A DNA stretch of 64,000 nt from a virus (lineage: Duplodnaviria; Caudoviricetes), in IMG/VR virus record IMGVR_UViG_3300001525_000584, positions 128,001 to 192,000 of that record, one strand, 5' to 3'. Position numbers and translations under genes: made by a program. The notes below the pieces were generated by a model, which saw nothing but the letters and a program-made list of their open reading frames with translations, made no database searches and was not told the DNA's origin. Positions 57,506 to 64,000 of the stretch are shown here, piece by piece; position 1 is the first letter of the stretch; every line of letters begins with the position of its first letter.

Positions 57506-58117
57506 ATGCCCGAGATCACAAAAATTCGAGTAGCTTCGACTGATTATGACGTTCGAGATACTAGTAAATTAGAAAAGATAACCTATGAATATAATAAAGA
57601 AGTAACTGTTGGTACTTCTGCGAGTACTATTTGTATAGGCAAGTTTCCGTGTGCTACAACTAATATCGCTGTAGATATAGATATGGTCGGTGGTAGTACT
57701 GTTTATCAGGGAACTTTAGTTGTTGCTGCAAATGGTGTTAATACTTCAGCAGGCGGTAGTGTTACAGCACAGCTGGAGGGTGACGCTAAAAATAATTTAA
57801 CATCAAACATTTATTATCATTATGTTTCAGGCAGCAACGTTATCCCGATTTATTTAACAGCTCCTGCAAATGCCAGAGTAATTTTACATATTAAATGTGT
57901 GTCTCCAGCTTCTGCACCTACTGCGATCGCAACAACAGAAACTAAGCCCTCTACTGCGACTAAGAATCCAACCAGAGCTTTATCTTCCGCCAGTGTGAGT
58001 TATGCTAATTCTGCAGGTACTGCCACTAAGATTCAAAGCAAAACGATCACATTTAAAGATCTAGTCATCACAGACGGATCTACTACAACTACATACAGCG
58101 TTGCATGTGCTAGCTAA
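57506..58117 (+). CDS. Tail fibre-like protein
   Basis: ITKI....YDVRD start; YANSAGTATK repeat. Confidence 0.6.
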   Translation: MPEITKIRVASTDYDVRDTSKLEKITYEYNKEVTVGTSASTICIGKFPCATTNIAVDIDMVGGSTVYQGTLVVAANGVNTSAGGSVTAQLEGDAKNNLTSNIYYHYVSGSNVIPIYLTAPANARVILHIKCVSPASAPTAIATTETKPSTATKNPTRALSSASVSYANSAGTATKIQSKTITFKDLVITDGSTTTTYSVACAS

Positions 58118-58137
58118 AGAAGGGAAAAGAATAGTAT

Positions 58138-61100
58138 ATGGCAATTAAAAAAATAGAATTTGATGGAAAAACTTTAATAGATTTAACCTCAGATACTGTT
58201 ACTGCAGAAAAAATGCGCAAAGATACAACTGCGCATGATGCCAACGGTAACATAATCACAGGTACTATGGCTGATGGTACTATTTCAGCTTCTGATTCAT
58301 CTATATCTGGAGGTTCATTTACCCCTACATTAACTTATAATTCTTCTACGGGAAAATATGATTTTAGTGGTAGTAAAACTGTTTCAGGTACAGCTCATGC
58401 AAAAGTTACTACCGGTGGTTATATCGACAGCAGTAAAAATACTTCTAAAGCTTTGTCTGCAACTGTTTCCGCAACAGGTTCAGTAAATGCCACTACATGC
58501 AGCCATAGTGGTGGCGGATTAACTGCAAGTACGCCCACTGGCGGAGGATTATCTCAGGGTACAGCCTCTGGCGGAGGATTATCTGGCGGTGATGTCACTG
58601 GAGGCTCTTTAGGTGGCGGTGGACTAACGGCAGGAGCCGGCGTAGCCGCAGCCACTTCAAAAAACATGTCCTTAACAGCTACTACAGCAGGCTATACAGG
58701 TTACTTATTAACTGCGACAGGGTCAGGATCTGTTACTAAGGCTACAATTACTCGTTCGGCTATTACGCGCGCAGCAGTGACACGAGCTACATTTACAAGA
58801 CCTGTAACAAAAGCTGCATATTCTCGTACAGTTACAAAAGCTACTATAACCTGTACTCATACTAAAGGGTATACTGAAGGTGGTACAGATTATATTCAGG
58901 GTGCTTCTACAACCATCTCTGAGTCTGCAGCTTCTTCTACTGTAACATTAGCAGCAGGATCTTTAGCAGCAAAAACCTATGATGCAGAAGCTTCTGCAGG
59001 AGAAACCAAATCTTCTAATACAGCAACTAAATATTATGCAGTTCCTGCAGCAAGTTGTACAGTCGCAGGAGGTGGATTAACTCAGGGTGCTGCAAGCGGT
59101 GGGGGCGTTTCAGGAGGTGATATCTCCGGAGGCACTTTAACAGCTAGTACAGGTTTTGCTACGCTTACTGTACAACCTCAGGTAACGCCTAGCATCGGAG
59201 GTACAGGTGTTGCTAGTGCTGCACAAACCAGCTATGGTCTTACTACAACAAAACCTTCAGGAACAGACGGAACCGATTATTTAACTTTTGATCCGGGTGC
59301 TACTTTTACACAACAGGCTAAGGCAAAGGGCAGAGGCTATGTATCTAGAGGTACTCTAACTCGTACAGCTATCAGTACAGCTGATGTCAGTAAAAATGTC
59401 AGCCGAGCAGCAGTAACAGATACACATACAGAAGGATATTTACCTGCAAAGGCCGCTTCGGCAGTTATTAATGCTGCTACTATAACCGTTACTTTAAATG
59501 CAGGTTCAAAAGCTGCAGAAGTTAGTGCATCCGCTGTAGCATCTTCTAACTGGTCTGCTGAGGTCACTTCTTCTGGCACCGTGAATTCCGGAACAAATTA
59601 TTATGTACCTGTAGCAAAAGCTTCTGCAACAAATGGTACAGCTTCTATTAAAACTCAGCCTACTGCAACAGCTACAACCACGGCAAGTTCTGCTTCTATA
59701 TCTTCAACAGGTATTAAAACAGCAACTAGTGATACAGGATATTCTGTAACAGCTTCTGCTACTTCTGGTTCAGCAAGTGCTTCGGCTAATTCAGGTAACT
59801 CTACTGCAACGGGAGGTTCTGCTTCTGTTGGTAAAGGTATCACTGCAGGTGCTTCCGCTTCTGGTACTACAGCGACTTCAACAGCAGTAACTAAAGAAGC
59901 CTCTTCTGCAGCTAAAACAGCCTCTACTGTTATCTATATCCAAAAAGCAACTTTAAATAAAACAAATGGTACAGCTTCTGCAACAGCAAATGCAGGAACA
60001 GCTTCTATAGCTAAAACACCTACAGCTTCTGCTTCTGCTTCTCAGAGTGGTATGACAGCAGGTGTATCAGAAACAACAACTTCTTATTATTTTAAGAGTA
60101 GTGCTTCTGCAGCATCAGGTTATTCAACGGCAACTGGAGGTTCTGCAAGAGCTTATGTAACAGCTTCTTCTATAACGGTAACAGAAGGTTATACGGCAGC
60201 AGGATCTGTCTCGACAACAGCTTCTGATACAGGAACAAAAACAGGCAGCAGTGCCACTTCAACAGAAAAAACAGCTTCTGATTCTTCTACTATTTATTTA
60301 AAAGCTTCGTCCTGTTCTCATACCGGTGGAGGTTTGACACAAGGAACTGCATCAGGAGGAACTTTATCGCAGGGAACTGCTGATGGAGGCGGATTATCTG
60401 GCGGAGACATCTCAGGTGGATCCATATCAGGAGGTGGATTAACTGTTTCTAGTTCTGCTTCTATGACATCTTCTAAAGTCTCTGTAGCAGAAACCACATC
60501 TGGTTATACAGGTTACTTATTAACTGTAACAGGATCAGGATCTGCAACCAGAGCAACCATCACGAGAAGTGCTATTACGAGGGCTGCTGTTACTAGAGCA
60601 ACATTTACACGCCCAGTAAATATGTCTGCATTTTCTCAAACTGTTACAAAAGCCACAGTAACATGTACGCACACTGCTGGATATAGACCGGCTGGATCTG
60701 ATTATATGACTAGCGGTACTTCTACTGTATCTCATTCTGCAGCTTCTTCTACTGTAACATTAGCTGCAGGATCTTTAGCTTCCTCAACAGGTTCTGCAGC
60801 ATATTCAAACAGTACTTCTGATTCATCTACTTCTACAAAGTATTATAAAATAGATAGCGCGTCACATGCTTATAAAGGCGGTGATTTATCACAAGGACCT
60901 ATATCCGGCGGTACGTTGACCATAAGCTGTACTGGCGGTGGCATAAGTGGTTCAGGCGGTGGTGGTGGCGCCCTGGCTGGAGGTACTTTAACAGCAGGTT
61001 CAGGATATGCTTCCGCCACAGCAGCTAATGGTATATCTATTTCTGCAACTACCGCGGGATATACAGGGTATAGATTAACAGTGCAAGGATATGGTTCGGT

Positions 61101-62436
61101 CACCCGGAGTACTATTACGAGAAGTGCTATAACGGCACCTGATGTAACATATGCTACACTGAATATAACGGCCAATTCTTCGGCTTTTTCTCAAACTGTT
61201 ACGAAGAGCACTTTAACACGTACAGGCTATGCCGGTTATGCTTCAGGTGGTTCTGAATATCGCGTAAGTGAGTCATCTACAGTTAGCAAGGTCGCAGAAA
61301 CTAAAACTCTTATAGTTCCTGCGGAAACATCCGCAGGAGGCACAATAGAATCCGCAGCATATATAAAATCAGAGTCCAAAACTTCTAGCACCGCCACGGC
61401 GTATTATGCGGTAACAGTTCCGAGTGCAACATGGGCTTCTACTGTGGTCACAACTACTACGTCTGGATATGTTCCTTTAGTTACATCTGCTGGGTACACT
61501 GCTGCAGTATCTTTGCAAACTCTTGAAGTGCCTAACTCAAAGATGCTTTCTGAGCTTAATATTTATGGCAGCATCACCTCGGCTTCTATTGAGGGCAGTA
61601 GTTCTTCGGCTGGCTATATAAGTATTTTCACAAATGGTAACACTACTACAACTAGTTACCCTGCGAGAATAGGTACTTTTAATAACCATGGAGGTTATTA
61701 TGGCTTAGGCGTCATAGATACCCTGGAGAATGGCCAGGCTACACATACTGTAGGCAACTCTGGAAACATAACAACTCTTAATAATCATAACTGCGGAAAA
61801 ATTGCCACTTTAAATAATGGCGATACAACCACGGGAACGTATTATGGTACTATTTCGCAACTAAATAATCAGGCAGGCGGAAAAATTACTGCGCTTTCGA
61901 ATAGTGGCACCATTTCTACGCTTTCGAATAGTGGTACTATAACCAGCTTATCTAATACTTCTGGTACAGTGCACATAACAAGTGCATCGGCTTCCAGCTC
62001 GGCCCAAGTCTATGTAACTGCCAAGCTTGCTGGGTATGCGCTGCCAGAGAAATTAGTAGTTTCCGGGGCTACCTGGTCGCGTTCGCCTACATCTACCTGT
62101 TCAAACGCGACATCTAGCGCTGATGTTATTAAAGGGGGACAATATGTATTCATAAAATACGGGGGTAATGTAGCACCTTATTATTGGTCATCTAGTTCAT
62201 GGTCTCGTATGAGTACCAGCGGCACTTATGTACAATACATGTCCGTAGGCTCCTCATATAGTATACCTATATATGTTACGGATTCTGCGTCCTCGATTTA
62301 CTTAGGCGGTGGTGTAAGTAGCTCGTATACACCTAGTACCTGGACATCTTCGATAACCCCCAGCATCGGAGTATTCTTTTTAAATGTACATGTCCTAAGT
62401 ACCTCTAATAGTGTTATATGGCTATCTCAAGGTTAA
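58138..62436 (+). CDS. 1432-aa Gly/Ser/Thr/Ala-rich repetitive fibre/adhesin
   Basis: LIDLTSDTVT..AHDANG..ITGT fibre start; four GGGL/TRA modules; GTI..L.N beta-helix repeats. Confidence 0.75.
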   Translation: MAIKKIEFDGKTLIDLTSDTVTAEKMRKDTTAHDANGNIITGTMADGTISASDSSISGGSFTPTLTYNSSTGKYDFSGSKTVSGTAHAKVTTGGYIDSSKNTSKALSATVSATGSVNATTCSHSGGGLTASTPTGGGLSQGTASGGGLSGGDVTGGSLGGGGLTAGAGVAAATSKNMSLTATTAGYTGYLLTATGSGSVTKATITRSAITRAAVTRATFTRPVTKAAYSRTVTKATITCTHTKGYTEGGTDYIQGASTTISESAASSTVTLAAGSLAAKTYDAEASAGETKSSNTATKYYAVPAASCTVAGGGLTQGAASGGGVSGGDISGGTLTASTGFATLTVQPQVTPSIGGTGVASAAQTSYGLTTTKPSGTDGTDYLTFDPGATFTQQAKAKGRGYVSRGTLTRTAISTADVSKNVSRAAVTDTHTEGYLPAKAASAVINAATITVTLNAGSKAAEVSASAVASSNWSAEVTSSGTVNSGTNYYVPVAKASATNGTASIKTQPTATATTTASSASISSTGIKTATSDTGYSVTASATSGSASASANSGNSTATGGSASVGKGITAGASASGTTATSTAVTKEASSAAKTASTVIYIQKATLNKTNGTASATANAGTASIAKTPTASASASQSGMTAGVSETTTSYYFKSSASAASGYSTATGGSARAYVTASSITVTEGYTAAGSVSTTASDTGTKTGSSATSTEKTASDSSTIYLKASSCSHTGGGLTQGTASGGTLSQGTADGGGLSGGDISGGSISGGGLTVSSSASMTSSKVSVAETTSGYTGYLLTVTGSGSATRATITRSAITRAAVTRATFTRPVNMSAFSQTVTKATVTCTHTAGYRPAGSDYMTSGTSTVSHSAASSTVTLAAGSLASSTGSAAYSNSTSDSSTSTKYYKIDSASHAYKGGDLSQGPISGGTLTISCTGGGISGSGGGGGALAGGTLTAGSGYASATAANGISISATTAGYTGYRLTVQGYGSVTRSTITRSAITAPDVTYATLNITANSSAFSQTVTKSTLTRTGYAGYASGGSEYRVSESSTVSKVAETKTLIVPAETSAGGTIESAAYIKSESKTSSTATAYYAVTVPSATWASTVVTTTTSGYVPLVTSAGYTAAVSLQTLEVPNSKMLSELNIYGSITSASIEGSSSSAGYISIFTNGNTTTTSYPARIGTFNNHGGYYGLGVIDTLENGQATHTVGNSGNITTLNNHNCGKIATLNNGDTTTGTYYGTISQLNNQAGGKITALSNSGTISTLSNSGTITSLSNTSGTVHITSASASSSAQVYVTAKLAGYALPEKLVVSGATWSRSPTSTCSNATSSADVIKGGQYVFIKYGGNVAPYYWSSSSWSRMSTSGTYVQYMSVGSSYSIPIYVTDSASSIYLGGGVSSSYTPSTWTSSITPSIGVFFLNVHVLSTSNSVIWLSQG

Positions 62437-62458
62437 ACAACATAAATTTAACTAAAAT

Positions 62459-62497
62459 AAAAAATACCTGATCTTCTCCTCGATCAGGTATTTTTTT
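62459..62497. terminator. Bidirectional intrinsic terminator between convergent genes
   Basis: A run-tacctgatc-ttctcctc-gatcaggta-T run. Confidence 0.85.
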
Positions 62498-62512
62498 ATT
62501 CAAAACTTTAAA

Positions 62513-63652
62513 TTATTCAACAACTTTACAGTCTATAACAGTAGTTTGCATTTCGCCTTTATAATCAGCAATTTTCTTAATAGTACCTTCGAGCTTTAAA
62601 CCTTCTTCTAATTCAAATCCTGTAGAACACGACCAAATAAAAACTTTACCATCCATACCTATTATTTTATAAACAGGATATGCAGGAGAATAATAACTAT
62701 TTATATTTTTTAAATATAAAACTCTAAAATCTTTAATAGTAAAAGTAACTTTATCTCCAACTGTTCCTAAAGAAGTTTGATTTACATTATTTTGAAGAGC
62801 CTGCTCTTTAGTTCTTTGTTGTACCAACCGCTGTTCATTTTTAAAATAAGAATAAATAGCAGATGTGATTAATCCTCCATCACGGGCTTCAAAAGATCTT
62901 TTACTCCATGCGGCCCATGCATTTGATATATAAGCAGAATTTTCAGCGTTTTCCAAATAATTAGTAACTTGTGCTACTTCTTCATCAGTTGCTTCAGGTA
63001 AATCAGCACCTCTAAAAACAGCCATGCTAAAAGCTAAGCCTGTAACACTGGACTGATAGCCATTATCTTTAACATATAGATAAGCTTTTCTTTTTACAAC
63101 ATCCATGGGCTCTACATAAGAATCAACAGGAACTTTTTCTAAGTTAAATATACCGTGATTTACATCATTATTTAACTTCTCTACTTCATTCATAACAGAA
63201 ACTAAAGAAGTACATGCTTCTGCATTTAATCCCTGTGTATATCCCTGAAGACATGTTTTTCCAACCTGTTCCCATTCATGCGTTGTTTCATTATAAATTA
63301 AATAAGTATCGTTTCGGTCTCTTTTAATATGACAGTGTTCACATTCTTTATCCGCAGTTCTATAAATAATAGGGATATTATTTTCTAAAGTTTTATTAGC
63401 AACTCTGATAATATTTTGTTCAGGGCCATGTTCTATGGTTGCAACAAATATCCATCCATTAATTTTATATTCACCCGAAACTTCTATTTTATCACATTTA
63501 ATGTATTGAGTTGTATGAGCATTATCCTGATATTTAACAGGTATGCCCTGCTCTAAAACATCGAAGATGACATGAGCTCCCTTATTTGTTATCCGCTTTA
63601 CTTTTTTACGTAAATCCGAGACATAATACTCAGGGATTAAATACTCAGCCAT
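62513..63652 (-). CDS. Phage protein with Zn-finger and C-terminal OB-fold-like domain
   Basis: ATG after AAGGAG; CEHC..QVGKTCL; GTVGDK..GTIK..YKG..QT. Confidence 0.65.
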   Translation of the reverse strand: MAEYLIPEYYVSDLRKKVKRITNKGAHVIFDVLEQGIPVKYQDNAHTTQYIKCDKIEVSGEYKINGWIFVATIEHGPEQNIIRVANKTLENNIPIIYRTADKECEHCHIKRDRNDTYLIYNETTHEWEQVGKTCLQGYTQGLNAEACTSLVSVMNEVEKLNNDVNHGIFNLEKVPVDSYVEPMDVVKRKAYLYVKDNGYQSSVTGLAFSMAVFRGADLPEATDEEVAQVTNYLENAENSAYISNAWAAWSKRSFEARDGGLITSAIYSYFKNEQRLVQQRTKEQALQNNVNQTSLGTVGDKVTFTIKDFRVLYLKNINSYYSPAYPVYKIIGMDGKVFIWSCSTGFELEEGLKLEGTIKKIADYKGEMQTTVIDCKVVE

Positions 63653-63689
63653 TATTTTGTGAAACTCCTTTGCAAATATTTTATTCGCA

Positions 63690-63699
63690 TAATTTAGCA
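63690..63699 (-). promoter_or_regulatory. GCTAAATT late-promoter-like motif (minus strand)
   Basis: TGCTAAATTA on the minus strand, 47 nt before ATG 63652. Confidence 0.7.
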
Positions 63700-63780
63700 A
63701 GGATTTTTAAGAACTTGCCCTTTACAACCTTTTATACAGCTTTAAGTAAAGAAAAAGGCCTATATTTTTAAGACCTTCAT

Positions 63781-63868
63781 ATTTGCTCTATAACGCGATT
63801 AAATTTGGGGGTATATATTTACTCGCCGGTACAAACAAAATCGCATAGAACTCAAATTTGCATGCTTA
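63781..63868. repeat. Dispersed quasi-palindromic intergenic element, copy 2
   Basis: atttgctctataacgcgatt...aatcgcatagaactcaaat-ttg-catgctta. Confidence 0.65.
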
Positions 63869-63883
63869 GAAACAAAAATAAAC

Positions 63884-63918
63884 AAAAGGATGACCTTTTA
63901 TGATCATCCTTTTCTTTT
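63884..63918. terminator. Intrinsic terminator-like stem-loop
   Basis: aaaaggatga-ccttttatga-tcatcctttt. Confidence 0.6.
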
Positions 63919-64000
63919 TAAACTATATAACGTTGCAGATTATTCACAGGATCTTTTCTAAAAGCATCTGTTATATTAATCAGGTTATCCCCAACTCTTT

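Noticed and set aside
345-61175. Short minus-strand and alternate-frame ORFs in the track (e.g. 12937-13395, 39463-39903, 51889-52224)
   Set aside because: They lie within well-supported plus-strand genes, lack evident SD sites, and look like shadow ORFs
1-64000. Alternative genetic code, CRISPR array, tRNA or rRNA genes, integrase or IS
   Set aside because: Long ORFs tile the window under the standard code; no repeat-spacer array, cloverleaf, or transposase/integrase motif was recognised by eye

Overview
AT-rich (roughly one-third GC by eye), densely coding, almost entirely plus-strand segment of a large tailed phage genome, standard genetic code. The host is most likely an anaerobic gut Bacillota, inferred from Firmicutes-type Shine-Dalgarno sites, an LL-H-type holin and Prp-type LQFF|A leaders. 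No integrase, tRNA, rRNA or CRISPR array was seen. 1-18 kb is an accessory region: helicase tail, two partial methyltransferases, an endonuclease V-like glycosylase, Lar-like and other Zn-ribbon proteins, a six-member paralog family, and several toxin-like or ADP-ribosyltransferase-like proteins. 18.2-19.1 kb holds two holin-like genes. 19.1-23.8 kb is the most unusual locus: eight domain-shuffled genes that all carry the same ~20-aa K-x-L...K-x-L-K-T-x-S-G-K-x-L tag at one terminus. Two of them are broken by poly-G tracts (G10 and G8, both restored by G9), one carries a Hint domain and two carry Prp-type leaders. This is a candidate phase-variable, plug-in virion accessory system. 24-29.7 kb has DNA ligase, a clan-CD peptidase-like protein, ribosomal protein bS21 and a nucleobase salvage cassette with a uracil-type permease. 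29.8-62.4 kb is a tail/fibre/adhesin module: a 2430-aa CotH-like/LRR protein, Ig-repeat proteins, five Mtd-N-like proteins, a nested HxH fibre and a 1432-aa Gly/Ser/Thr fibre, with two embedded glycosyltransferases. Two recurrent promoter-like motifs (GCTAAATT and TGTATWWW), many terminators and a dispersed quasi-palindromic element were also found. All family calls come from motif recognition by eye, not from database searches.
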